Part shown: one piece after another, positions 40,874 to 50,724 of the stretch
Layout: each line of letters starts with the position of its first letter
Position numbering within the stretch: position 1 is the stretch's first letter
Virus record (IMG/VR): IMGVR_UViG_3300033073_001045
Coordinates: 40,004 to 104,003 of that record
DNA from: a virus
Taxonomy: Duplodnaviria; Caudoviricetes
Direction: 5' to 3' (one strand)
DNA length: 64,000 nt
The notes under the pieces: model-generated
What the model saw: only the letters and a program-made list of their open reading frames with translations
What the model was told of the DNA's origin: nothing
Database searches by the model: none
Translations under genes and position numbers: made by a program

Positions 40874-41337
40874 TAGTTTGATCCTCCGAGGTCTAATACC
40901 TCACCATCTGATTCTGTTATAGAACTACCGCCATCTATAATTGTGTCATTTGTATCTGGTTCGAATATAGAGTTATACTCTCCTCCATCAAATGCAGTTA
41001 GCTCTTGCCATGCTCCATCATTGTTAGACAACGGCGTTCCTCCTTCTACCCCAATAATTTGTGGGTAATTAATTTGTGGTCCAGACTCTACGTTAATAGA
41101 GTCAAAGGTTATTTTATTCTGTATATCAATTGTATGTACATCGCCATCATAATTATGTGTGTGCATGTAAAATGGTGTTGGATCATCGCTTGGAGGAGTT
41201 AGCTCTACCCAAACTGTTCCATTATATATTCTAAGATTTTTAGTTACAATATTAAAATATACATCGCCTTCTATAGCTACTGACGGGTCCTCGTAAGAAG
41301 TTAATAGATTAAGCGCCACCATCATTTGTCTTGACAT
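40873..41337 (-). CDS. Structural protein
   Basis: GDVYFN...LRIYNGTVW fibre-type motif; DGG motifs. Confidence 0.55.
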   Translation of the reverse strand: MSRQMMVALNLLTSYEDPSVAIEGDVYFNIVTKNLRIYNGTVWVELTPPSDDPTPFYMHTHNYDGDVHTIDIQNKITFDSINVESGPQINYPQIIGVEGGTPLSNNDGAWQELTAFDGGEYNSIFEPDTNDTIIDGGSSITESDGEVLDLGGSN

Positions 41338-41339
41338 AA

Positions 41340-42290
41340 TTATCCTAACACAACTACTTTAAATTCTCCAGCTGAAGGTGCAACTGCAAAATCAATAGTT
41401 ACTGTATCTGCATTTGTATGTTTTACATCTGCTTCAACTTGTGCATATGGTGTTGATGCCTGATATATCTGCACAATTACATCTGTTGTATTTAAATTAT
41501 GTGTTACAGTATATGAGGTTGAAGATGTAGCTAAGGTCTGTGCAAATTTTCTTGCAATTGAATGGTAGTTAGCACCATCATTGGTAATTTGCCATTCTGT
41601 AGCAGACTCTTTCCATAATAAAGATACATCTGCTTCATCGCCACGCTCAACGACAATTCCAGCATCTGTAATTGGTGTTCCTTCAAAATTTGTATTAAGT
41701 TTTATTGTATTATCTACAAGATTAACTTCAGTTCTATTAATAGCATTTACTGTTCCATTTACATTTAGATTTCCATCTACTTGTAAATTGCCGCCAATTG
41801 TAACATCGCTAGTTGTAGAAATAGTCTCAGTATTTAATGCTTCTGTATTTACTGTTCCAGTAGAAATACTTGTAGCAATAGTTACATCTGCTGGCAAACT
41901 AATTGTTGGTGTTGATCCTTCTGATCCAGATCCACTTACTGTGATCTGATTTGTAGTTCCATTTATTCCAGATACATAATTGCCAGATGTATGTGTTCCA
42001 AGTTGAACGATTGGCATAGCATGCTGGTGATCAGCTCTAGCTACCGAACTAGATGTACCCTCTGATGCGCTATCTCCAGGTGTTATTGTTGTTGGAACAA
42101 TGCCTGTTCCAAAATCACCAGAAGCTCTAAGCCATTGTGTTCCATTAAAGAAGTATAAAAAGTGATCTGATGAATCAAAGTAAATTTGACCAGATACTGG
42201 GTTTGAAGGCGCTGCGCCTAAATTCTGAATTCTTGCATTGAGTAGTTCATTTTTATTTAAATCAATGCTAACTAAATATTTTTTTGCCAT
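41340..42290 (-). CDS. Structural (fibre-like) protein
   Basis: GQIYFDS, ARADHQH and VTHNLNT motifs. Confidence 0.65.
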   Translation of the reverse strand: MAKKYLVSIDLNKNELLNARIQNLGAAPSNPVSGQIYFDSSDHFLYFFNGTQWLRASGDFGTGIVPTTITPGDSASEGTSSSVARADHQHAMPIVQLGTHTSGNYVSGINGTTNQITVSGSGSEGSTPTISLPADVTIATSISTGTVNTEALNTETISTTSDVTIGGNLQVDGNLNVNGTVNAINRTEVNLVDNTIKLNTNFEGTPITDAGIVVERGDEADVSLLWKESATEWQITNDGANYHSIARKFAQTLATSSTSYTVTHNLNTTDVIVQIYQASTPYAQVEADVKHTNADTVTIDFAVAPSAGEFKVVVLG

Positions 42291-42304
42291 TTGCTATCTC
42301 CCTT

Positions 42305-42751
42305 TTAAGACAGGTAAACTGTCCCTGAAAATGGCTGAGCCATTGTCAATGTTATTTTGTTTAAAGAGCTGTACTCTATACCAGTTTCTAAAATATCTCC
42401 TGCACTTGATTTTACTGTAGCGTTTGGACTAAATCCTAAGCCGTGATTTATTTCAACAGAATATATCCCATCAACTGGCCCTACCAATTGATTGAGTTCC
42501 CAAGATGCTTGAAAGTGTTCTGGTGCATTATTTAAAAATATTACTGTTGCATCTGCCCAGGAACTATCTGATCTTTTTGGACCGTAGAACTCAGTTGTTT
42601 CGGTATTATAATAAAAATCGCCAAGCAAACCTAAATTATTTGCTGGCGCTGCAGAACCATTTAAAATAGTTTTTCCTCTTGGTCCTTGTGGGCCAGGAGT
42701 AGAAACTATAACCTGATTTTTTGTTTCTTTAACAATTACTTTTTCGGACAT
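42305..42751 (-). CDS. Structural protein
   Basis: GPQGPRG, GDFYYN and NHGLGF motifs. Confidence 0.55.
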   Translation of the reverse strand: MSEKVIVKETKNQVIVSTPGPQGPRGKTILNGSAAPANNLGLLGDFYYNTETTEFYGPKRSDSSWADATVIFLNNAPEHFQASWELNQLVGPVDGIYSVEINHGLGFSPNATVKSSAGDILETGIEYSSLNKITLTMAQPFSGTVYLS

Positions 42752-43101
42752 TATATGGTTACCGATCTGCTGAGAGTTATAAAACCTTCAAGGAGTTTTA
42801 TTTTATTCCCATTAGAATCGATGACCATAATGTCGTAAGACGACTTTGGATAGAACAGTTTATTTGTTTGAGTTGGTGTCATTTTAACGTTAAGTGTGCC
42901 AGTTGGCCCATCTATTGTTATTCCTCCAGATGGAGATGTTAAAGTGAATGCTAGTTTAGATCCACCTTTTGTATCTCTAACCTGTAACTTTGCCGATGCA
43001 CCAGTAAGATCAATAGCTGTTACTTCATCTTCTTGTGTATATTGCACTTGAAAATCGAAGGTAGCATTTTGATCTACTTCAAAGTTTTTCTGTACTGCCA
43101 T
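42751..43101 (-). CDS. Baseplate/BppU-N-like small structural protein
   Basis: IDLTGASAKLQVR...YDI...LLEG pattern. Confidence 0.55.
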   Translation of the reverse strand: MAVQKNFEVDQNATFDFQVQYTQEDEVTAIDLTGASAKLQVRDTKGGSKLAFTLTSPSGGITIDGPTGTLNVKMTPTQTNKLFYPKSSYDIMVIDSNGNKIKLLEGFITLSRSVTI

Positions 43102-43170
43102 TTGCCATAGTCTCCTAAATAGGAATACTCCTGTACCAATTTTAGCACAGGAGTATTTCTAATTGACTAT

Positions 43171-43413
43171 TTATTTAGATTCTGATGTGAATCCAAATTC
43201 TTTATTACTTGGACTTAGAGCCTTAAGAATAACTGGAGCTACCGCAGCAATTCCACCCATAAGGAGGTCCTTTGGATTTGTGTTTCCAGTCATGTAAAGT
43301 GCAATTGCAGCTGATAGGAATGCTCTAGCATATGTTCCTAGTGCTGCTAGGATTTGCTCTGTCATCGTTACCTTTCCGTCTTTGTTTAAATCCGCTTTAT
43401 CGAATTTAGCCAT
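43171..43413 (-). CDS. Holin-like small membrane protein
   Basis: Start MAKF at 43413 with GGAGA RBS; two hydrophobic segments; xARAFL...PVILKALxPxxxxFG pattern. Confidence 0.55.
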   Translation of the reverse strand: MAKFDKADLNKDGKVTMTEQILAALGTYARAFLSAAIALYMTGNTNPKDLLMGGIAAVAPVILKALSPSNKEFGFTSESK

Positions 43414-43480
43414 TTTATCATCTCCATTTTGGGCGTCATGCCCAGAATTTTGGGGTAAACCCAATACCATAATTCTATCA

Positions 43481-45415
43481 CTATGCAGAAATATCTACAA
43501 GTTCACAATTCCCATCTGAACTACAAGCAAGCGTTGCATTTGTTGAAGTACCGTCTTCTGTCTCATAAAAAGATAAGTCTTCCCATCTAATATTTTTTGG
43601 CATTTTTGCAAGAAGTTCCTGATACTCTTCTTTTGATACTTCCTGGTATGGAGCCTGCTTATAAGAGTGATCTGAATGCGGAAGAAATGAAATTCCAGAT
43701 ACTTCGTCAAAGTGCTTATATACCCAAGCACCAACTTCCATCCATTCGTCTTCTTTTACTGAAACAGTAATTGATGGCTTGTGCTCGCACCATGCACGTT
43801 GATAGACAAGCCAAATATTTAAATGCTCTAGTGCTGTCAAATCATTTCTAACTACAGCACCTTCTGGGGCTTTTACTGGAAATGAAAAAACATATGTATC
43901 ATTTGGCTTCATGACATCATCTTCAACTGGGATACCAACCTCTTTAAAAAATGTTGAGATTGGGTCGCCTTTTGAACCACGAACTGTACGAATATAATAT
44001 TGCGAATGCCATGGATGCATTCCTGAAGATACCCCGACCAATTGGGATACTGTACCAGAAGGCTTTACGCATGTAATAGCTGCAGACACAGGAATCCCAA
44101 TTTTCCCAGCCTCTTCTGTATTAATTTCTCTTGCACGTTCACGCATTGACATTAGGAATGCTTCAAGAGCAACAATATCTTCCTTGCCAGACATAAACTT
44201 ATGTCCAAACTGTCCAGTCAAAGAAACTCCAAGAAGTCTTTCTTCTTCTGTATTGTCTTTCCATATCTTTCGAAGATATTTAAAATCAGTTAGGGTTGAC
44301 TGCCACGTTCCAAGAATTGTAGCAAGCTCAACTTTGCGTTTAATGTCTTCTTTTGTATCCTTTTCACGTAGTACGACTTCTGAAAGATTACAAAACTGAT
44401 AGGGACGTAGAATAATTTCTGAGCACGGATTAGTTCCGTAATGGATTTCAGGGTCTCTGAGACCATATTTAGCCGCTTGTTTCTGCGCTGCTGCGACATT
44501 ATAGATTCCACGTTCGCCAGACTTTGAGTCATAAAGAGATTTCCATTCTGCAATAAATTGTTCCATCTCTGGTTTGCGAGAATACGCAACAGAGTTATTA
44601 GACAAAGCTCTCTGTGGGTTATTCTCCCACCAATTACCAGATTTTGCTTGCGCCATTTCAATATCATTAATGTTAGATAGAGAAATCATAGCTGATCTAC
44701 GTACACCACCAACAACAACTACCTCACCAATTTTGCACATAATATCATGAGCCTCAATTGGCTTTAACTGACGACCTGCTGCATTTTTAAATTTTGCAAT
44801 AGTGAAATCAAAAAGGTTTATAAGTGGTTGTGGTCCAGATGATCGACCACCCATTGTTTTAAGTCTTGCTCCAGCTGGACGAACTTTAGAAACATCAACT
44901 GCTGGGATGTGACCAGTCCATAAAAGTGCTAAAAGTTCACGATATGCTTTAGCCCAACCTTGTTTTGAGTCTTCAACAACAATTACTGTATCAGATTTTT
45001 CTAATGATTCAGGAACGGCAGGAAGCTTATTAACGTACTTATACTCAACAGAGAAACCAACACCTGTTCCGCACATCAAGATATACATAGTTTCATCAAA
45101 TGATCTTGGTGAGTCAACTGGAACAAATGAACAGTTATATCCAGCAACATTATCTCTTTCTAATGCTGCTCCAGATGTCATTACAGAGCGCATAGAAGGC
45201 ATTACATTTCTATCAAATACAAATTTTTTTAACTCATCAACTAATTTTTGATCTGGTGAGTAATCATAATTATTTTTTAAATGCTTTGTCATAAAGTCAA
45301 AGTATCTATCTACAGTTTCACCCCATGTTTCTCTTCTTCCTTCTGAATCTACCCACTTTGCATAACGTGATAGAGCAATAAAGTTTTCATAAGGGTTTTC
45401 TATAGTTTTTGACAT
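43481..45415 (-). CDS. nrdJ: Class II (adenosylcobalamin-dependent) ribonucleotide reductase
   Basis: YNCSF, GTGVGFSV, VGGVRRSA, TNPCSEI, TCVKPSGTVSQL and C-terminal CxxxxxC. Confidence 0.92.
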   Translation of the reverse strand: MSKTIENPYENFIALSRYAKWVDSEGRRETWGETVDRYFDFMTKHLKNNYDYSPDQKLVDELKKFVFDRNVMPSMRSVMTSGAALERDNVAGYNCSFVPVDSPRSFDETMYILMCGTGVGFSVEYKYVNKLPAVPESLEKSDTVIVVEDSKQGWAKAYRELLALLWTGHIPAVDVSKVRPAGARLKTMGGRSSGPQPLINLFDFTIAKFKNAAGRQLKPIEAHDIMCKIGEVVVVGGVRRSAMISLSNINDIEMAQAKSGNWWENNPQRALSNNSVAYSRKPEMEQFIAEWKSLYDSKSGERGIYNVAAAQKQAAKYGLRDPEIHYGTNPCSEIILRPYQFCNLSEVVLREKDTKEDIKRKVELATILGTWQSTLTDFKYLRKIWKDNTEEERLLGVSLTGQFGHKFMSGKEDIVALEAFLMSMRERAREINTEEAGKIGIPVSAAITCVKPSGTVSQLVGVSSGMHPWHSQYYIRTVRGSKGDPISTFFKEVGIPVEDDVMKPNDTYVFSFPVKAPEGAVVRNDLTALEHLNIWLVYQRAWCEHKPSITVSVKEDEWMEVGAWVYKHFDEVSGISFLPHSDHSYKQAPYQEVSKEEYQELLAKMPKNIRWEDLSFYETEDGTSTNATLACSSDGNCELVDISA

Positions 45416-45551
45416 TTATCCGACCTTTTCTCCGCCTTGCGGTTTATTTTAATGTAAGATTCCAATTCTACCAAAACAAACTTCTTTAAGGAAGAAGTTA
45501 CAAAAAGTTTTTTACTTTCTTAATAATTTTTATTAGTCAACTATTTTAGTC

Positions 45552-45704
45552 TTGACATCGAAAATAGAAATAGTATACTTTTTGTAGGGGGGTCGGGGGG
45601 TCAGTAAATCAATAAATTAATAATATATTATATATAAGTATTACTTTATATACTGTTTATTCTAGTCAACTGACTTGACAGTAACTTAATTTCAATGCTA
45701 TTAT
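45552..45704 (+). promoter_or_regulatory. Two sigma70/SigA-type promoters upstream of the transglycosylase
   Basis: TTGACA-N16-TATACT (45552-45579) and TTGACA-N18-TATTAT (45675-45704). Confidence 0.65.
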
Positions 45705-45731
45705 TATAGTTCGTTATCTCTAAAGGAGGAA

Positions 45732-46283
45732 ATGCCAATGGAGAATATAAAACAAAAGCTTAGTGATTTTGTTCATAGTACGACTGCAATTGTAATGATA
45801 ACATTATTTTTGTTCTCGAACAATACCTTGACAACAGCACATGCTTTAACAGTAAAACCAAAGACAGAAGTACAACTTAAGAAAGAAACCTTAGACAAGT
45901 ACAGCAACACTGTTTATAAGCCTTCTGACCAACTTTCAGGGGAAGAATTAAAAGATCTTCTCTGGGCTGTTGGATTTGAAGGAAAAGCCCTTAAAACGGC
46001 TTGGGCCATTGCTATGAGGGAGTCCAATGGACGACCAAAAGCTTACAATGGTAACAGAGCAACTGGAGACAGTTCTTATGGAATTTTTCAGATCAATATG
46101 TTGGGTAACCTCGGCGTAGATCGTAAAGAAAAATTTGACCTGACGTCAAATGCACTATTATTTGACCCAGTAAAAAACGCAGAGATAACGTATTACATGA
46201 CGAACGGCGGCCAAGATTGGTCATCATGGAAAGGGTTAACACCCAGAGCTCAGGAATTTTATTTAAAGTTCCCACAAAGTTGA
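45732..46283 (+). CDS. Lysozyme-like lytic transglycosylase with N-terminal signal/anchor
   Basis: AIAMRESNG, SYGIFQIN and DWSSW SLT-like motifs; hydrophobic N-terminus; AAGGAGG RBS. Confidence 0.85.
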   Translation: MPMENIKQKLSDFVHSTTAIVMITLFLFSNNTLTTAHALTVKPKTEVQLKKETLDKYSNTVYKPSDQLSGEELKDLLWAVGFEGKALKTAWAIAMRESNGRPKAYNGNRATGDSSYGIFQINMLGNLGVDRKEKFDLTSNALLFDPVKNAEITYYMTNGGQDWSSWKGLTPRAQEFYLKFPQS

Positions 46284-46296
46284 TCGGAGAGGGTTA

Positions 46297-46520
46297 TGCA
46301 AAAGATACAATACGTATCTAAGTACATAGCTCTTGCAGAGGAAGGCCTTGTTCCTAGGATATTATGCCCAATGGATCAGGGCCTTCTTCTATGCAACCAG
46401 GATATAGATGATAGTATATACTTATATTGTCTTTCTTGTAATTATAAAAAAACAATTGGTGTGTCTATGTATCAATCAATTATGGAGGCTGTGAGGAAAA
46501 ATAGTGAGCATTTACATTAA
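46297..46520 (+). CDS. Small Zn-ribbon-like protein
   Basis: CPMD...CLSC; GGAGAGG RBS (start coordinate approximate). Confidence 0.5.
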
Positions 46521-47496
46521 TGATATTAAATTCCCAGATAATCACTTATTTGATGTGATAGTTGATCCAATATTTTTAAATTTATCTTCAGAGGGGTCTT
46601 CAAATAATAAACCTTTGCATACAAAAATGTTAGTTCAATGGATACAGCATGGAATGACAATTGTTGTTGATGGTAATAATTTAATGGTTAAAAAAATATC
46701 AATTGATCCTGCCTCAAATAAAACACCATTTTATTTTATGCACATATATAAAAATTCTGGACTTTCTTTAAAAGAAGAGCTAATGAAATATTTTATAGGT
46801 GAGCAGGTATATATTAATTTTATTGGCCATGTTAATGATGATGAACTTCTTACATCAAAGTTAATATCAGGACATTTTGCTTCATATCCAACTGATCTAT
46901 ATCAAAAATATGATAAAAAGTTGCATACAGTTTCTATATTTAGAGATCCAGTAGATAGAACAATAAGCCACTTTCTGTATGAAAATAATTTAAGAACAAT
47001 GGAAGCCAGACAAAATAAAAATATGCCAACCGTAGAGGATATGGATATATTTTTATCTGATCATAATAATTTTAGTATTATAAAAGATCTACAGTCTAAG
47101 AACCTTACATCTACAATGGATACAGAGCTATCTAACAAGGTTGCCCAATCATTATTTACTGGAGAGTCAGACATACATCATTCAATTATGGAGCTTGGGT
47201 CTACATCAAGATTTATTTCTAGCTCAACAGACGAATCTAATTGGCGTAATCACTTGCAAAAACTATCTTTATATGGAACCACTAATAATAGAGATAAATT
47301 TTTAAATGATCTTGTTGGCCTTCTTAATTATGAAAAATATGAGGCTGATGGAATTAGAAATATTGTAGTAAATAGAAATCCATATTCTACAGAACAATTC
47401 AAGAAGTTGTTGCCTAAAAGAATGATAGAATATATTAAAGATTTTAATCAGAACGATATGGCGCTTTATGAACACCTTTTGTCTAAAGGATTATGA
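46504..47496 (+). CDS. Sulfotransferase-family protein
   Basis: HIYKNSGLS (5'-PSB-like), SGHF and RDPVDRTISHF (3'-PB-like) motifs. Confidence 0.75.
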   Translation: MSIYINDIKFPDNHLFDVIVDPIFLNLSSEGSSNNKPLHTKMLVQWIQHGMTIVVDGNNLMVKKISIDPASNKTPFYFMHIYKNSGLSLKEELMKYFIGEQVYINFIGHVNDDELLTSKLISGHFASYPTDLYQKYDKKLHTVSIFRDPVDRTISHFLYENNLRTMEARQNKNMPTVEDMDIFLSDHNNFSIIKDLQSKNLTSTMDTELSNKVAQSLFTGESDIHHSIMELGSTSRFISSSTDESNWRNHLQKLSLYGTTNNRDKFLNDLVGLLNYEKYEADGIRNIVVNRNPYSTEQFKKLLPKRMIEYIKDFNQNDMALYEHLLSKGL

Positions 47497-47577
47497 TGCC
47501 TGAGTACGAGTCAAAACCAATACCAGTTACCGATGCAATGGGTAGAGAAATATTTTGGGAGGATATAGGGAGACCAG

Positions 47578-47769
47578 ATGAACGAACAAACAAGTAATTT
47601 AGAAGAGAACCTACCAATGGTTAATTACATAATGCTTCATAGAATTTATGACGTGTTAACTATTATGGCAAATGCGGTAGATCCAGATAAAACATCTAAG
47701 ATGATTGATCTTCATGAGCAAGGATTCCTTCTTGGCCCAGCACCTTCATTTACACCAAGCGAGGAATAA
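47578..47769 (+). CDS. Hypothetical protein
   Basis: GGGAG RBS; stop overlaps the P450 start. Confidence 0.6.
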   Translation: MNEQTSNLEENLPMVNYIMLHRIYDVLTIMANAVDPDKTSKMIDLHEQGFLLGPAPSFTPSEE

Positions 47770-49157
47770 TGGTAGCACCATTTTTTTATAAAAAAAGAAA
47801 GCATCCCTTTGTTCCAAGACCAATAACAAAGAAATATTTTTATAAAAGCGGACTAGATTTAAAGGTTTCAAATTTTATAGACCCAAAAGAAATGCTTTTT
47901 AAGTCTTGGAAAAATAAGGCAGATATGTTTTTAGAAATATCTAAAAAGCATGGACCATTTTCTTCGTTTTTTATTGCAAATGAATTAACTTTTACAATTT
48001 TTGATCCTGCTGATGTATATGAAGTTCTTATTGGTAAACAAAATCAATTTATAAAAGGTAATGCCTGGAATAGAATTAGAAAATTTGCTGGCGATGGTCT
48101 TGTAACAGCAGAAGAACCTAACCACATGAAAAATAGAAGGTATATACAGCCACATTTTAATCATAAAAAAATTGTAGATGACTATTCAAAGGTAATGATT
48201 AAAAAAGTTACAGAAAGACAAAATCTATATCTAGATTCAAATAAAAAAATGGATCTTCACAACGAGATGGTTTCTTTAGTATTTGATATAGTTATAGAAT
48301 CTTTATTTGGCATAACAGAAAAGGTTGATTCAATCCCTGTTAAAAAGAATATGGAAATAGCAATGGATTCTGTTGAGAGAACTATTGCTCCTGGTTTAGA
48401 TAGATACGATTTTACATCACTTCCTATATTTAAAAAGTTTAGAACTGCATCTTTAGACCTACATGATTTTGCAATAAATTTAATAGCAAAAAGAAAGTCT
48501 GATAAGTCTGAACATGATGACTTACTTTCTCTTTTAATTGACTCATATATGACAGATGATCAAATATCTGATGAAGTCATAACAATAATTTTAGCTGGAT
48601 TCGAGACAACAGCAAATACGTTATCTTGGATTTTTTCTTATTTAAATGAGAATAAAGACATATACGATGAGTTAATTGAAGAATCTATAAAGATATCAAA
48701 GTCTAATAATTTTATTGAAGATATAAATTCATCTGAATTGCTTGATGGAATAATAAAGGAAACTCTTAGGCTAAAGCCATCTCTTTGGATTCTACCAAGA
48801 ATGGCAGCAAATGATATATCAGTAGGAGATAAATTTATTCCAAAGGGTGCAAATGTAATTTTATCACCATACGTAACACATAGAAATGAAAGTGTATATA
48901 TAGATCCCGAAAAATTTATACCTTCTAGATGGAACAATTCTTTTGAAAAGACATTGCCTAGGGGAGCCTATGTACCATTTAGCGCTGGTCCAAGAAAATG
49001 TATAGGCGATCAATTTGCCTTGCTTGAAATGAAAATAATATTATGTTTATTTTCTGCAAAGTTTAAGATAAAAGTTCATGGAAAATTCCCAGAGGCGGCA
49101 GCAAGAGGAACTCTTAGACTTGCACATAGGGTTAAAATGAGTATTGAAAATGTATAG
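47769..49157 (+). CDS. Cytochrome P450
   Basis: AGFETT I-helix, ETLR (ExxR), PSRW, and FSAGPRKCIG heme-Cys motif. Confidence 0.96.
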   Translation: MVAPFFYKKRKHPFVPRPITKKYFYKSGLDLKVSNFIDPKEMLFKSWKNKADMFLEISKKHGPFSSFFIANELTFTIFDPADVYEVLIGKQNQFIKGNAWNRIRKFAGDGLVTAEEPNHMKNRRYIQPHFNHKKIVDDYSKVMIKKVTERQNLYLDSNKKMDLHNEMVSLVFDIVIESLFGITEKVDSIPVKKNMEIAMDSVERTIAPGLDRYDFTSLPIFKKFRTASLDLHDFAINLIAKRKSDKSEHDDLLSLLIDSYMTDDQISDEVITIILAGFETTANTLSWIFSYLNENKDIYDELIEESIKISKSNNFIEDINSSELLDGIIKETLRLKPSLWILPRMAANDISVGDKFIPKGANVILSPYVTHRNESVYIDPEKFIPSRWNNSFEKTLPRGAYVPFSAGPRKCIGDQFALLEMKIILCLFSAKFKIKVHGKFPEAAARGTLRLAHRVKMSIENV

Positions 49158-49722
49158 GATAGAACCTTCAATAGATAATTTAGAACTTTCTCATGGGCTT
49201 ATTACAGAAGAAATATTGGAATACACAAGCAGTCAGCTCGATTATTTTTTAAGTTTAGTATGTAATCAGCAATTAGGTGTCAAAAACAATATTGAATTTA
49301 TTATAGAGCATGGTGACGATGTGCTTCCATATATAGTTTGTATTATATGTAAAGATAATAGTTTTTCTGTTACAATGGAAGAAAGCAAATCAATAATATC
49401 ATTAAATCCTGGAGACCTACTAATATTTCCATCAGAAATGTCACACGGAATATCTAATCCAGATAATGCTGTAATAAAAAAGCTATTTTATAGGCAAAAG
49501 ATTGATAACAGCATAGGTGACAAAAACTTTATAATTACATCAACGCTTATTGATAAATATGAAATAGTAATAAGTGCGAACTCAGAAGAAGAGGCGTTGG
49601 AAAAAGCAAAGGCCACTCCGATATCTAGTTGGAACCACCTTGATTTATATCCAGACGTCGAAGACAGAAAAATAATAAGATACGCAAAATGGAATAATTT
49701 TTCAGCAAAAGCTATTGACTAA
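49144..49722 (+). CDS. Hypothetical protein with a degenerate cupin/2OG-like N-terminal half
   Basis: PGDLLIFPSEMSHGI motif. Confidence 0.45.
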   Translation: MKMYRIEPSIDNLELSHGLITEEILEYTSSQLDYFLSLVCNQQLGVKNNIEFIIEHGDDVLPYIVCIICKDNSFSVTMEESKSIISLNPGDLLIFPSEMSHGISNPDNAVIKKLFYRQKIDNSIGDKNFIITSTLIDKYEIVISANSEEEALEKAKATPISSWNHLDLYPDVEDRKIIRYAKWNNFSAKAID

Positions 49723-49749
49723 TAACATAGCCTGCTTTATAATTATTTA

Positions 49750-49818
49750 TTGAGAGTCGAGTCTACTCCTCTTATTAATGCCTACTATGGATCCGCCTCC
49801 TGGTAGGCATTAATTTTT
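49750..49818 (+). ncRNA. Candidate small RNA with its own promoter and terminator
   Basis: TTGACT-N17-TATAAT at 49715-49743; no ORF; long hairpin 49774-49814 followed by a T-run. Confidence 0.5.
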
Positions 49819-50524
49819 ATATGCTAATACACTTTTCAAGAGCGAGTTGATATTTTGCATTAACAATATCAAGACTAATTGCATCTGATAGTTCTGTAAA
49901 TTTATTTTTTACAAGATCATAATTTTCTGTTCTATTTACTGGATTTACTACTATGTGGTTTACAGCAAAAGATGTATGTATATCAGCATAATCATCTGCC
50001 TCATCATACGCATTATCATCCCAATCTTCGTACCCAGCTTTTGCTAGAATGTCCTTAACTACAAGTTTTCTTTTTATAGGATCGGTAGTGTCTTCAAATC
50101 TATATGATAGATGAGAATCATCTGTTCCACTTATAATTGCGTCAAGATATCTTTCAGTTTTCTTTAATACCAGTCCAGCCATTCTAATAAAATAAAGATC
50201 GTTTGTAAGAAGTTGCGTACCAAGAACATTTTCGTTAAGCGGTGTTGTTCCTTCAGCTACAGCTTTTTCAGCATACTTTTGTGCATTTGTTAATGTCAGT
50301 ACTAAATCTGATACAGCTATGTCATAAGGATTTCTTACAACTGCAACCTGTATTTGATTTTCATGAGATGTCTTCCATAGGTTTATTTTTGAGCTATTAG
50401 TAGACTCTAGGTCAATTTTTTCAAAATATAGGCTTCCCTTAGTAGGCAACATATTTCTAATAAGCGTAGACATGTATGTACTAGATGTGCGGCGCTGAGA
50501 ATTAAACAGGATCTTTTTAATCAT
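49817..50524 (-). CDS. Sulfotransferase-like protein
   Basis: RRTSSTY (PRSGST-like), VRNPYD and RFED motifs; near-leaderless promoter. Confidence 0.55.
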   Translation of the reverse strand: MIKKILFNSQRRTSSTYMSTLIRNMLPTKGSLYFEKIDLESTNSSKINLWKTSHENQIQVAVVRNPYDIAVSDLVLTLTNAQKYAEKAVAEGTTPLNENVLGTQLLTNDLYFIRMAGLVLKKTERYLDAIISGTDDSHLSYRFEDTTDPIKRKLVVKDILAKAGYEDWDDNAYDEADDYADIHTSFAVNHIVVNPVNRTENYDLVKNKFTELSDAISLDIVNAKYQLALEKCISI

Positions 50525-50724
50525 ATATAGAATTATAGCATCTTGATCATTTAAGTGCAGTGCGAAAAGTGAAAAGTGCGGCGGGAGAAGAAGAGATGTA
50601 TAATTATCTTATGAGTCCTAGATATTTTGCCAAATTTAGTCAGCATCCTAGAGCTGAGGATCAATGGTATCATTTTACCCCAAAGGGCTATATAGACAAT
50701 TCTCCAGAATTTAAGCTACATGTA

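Noticed and set aside
856-44399. Many plus-strand ORFs across the structural region (e.g. 17097-17780, 7929-8369, 31280-31489 with NPNGV repeats)
   Set aside because: Antisense shadows of clear minus-strand genes; no RBS or independent motifs.
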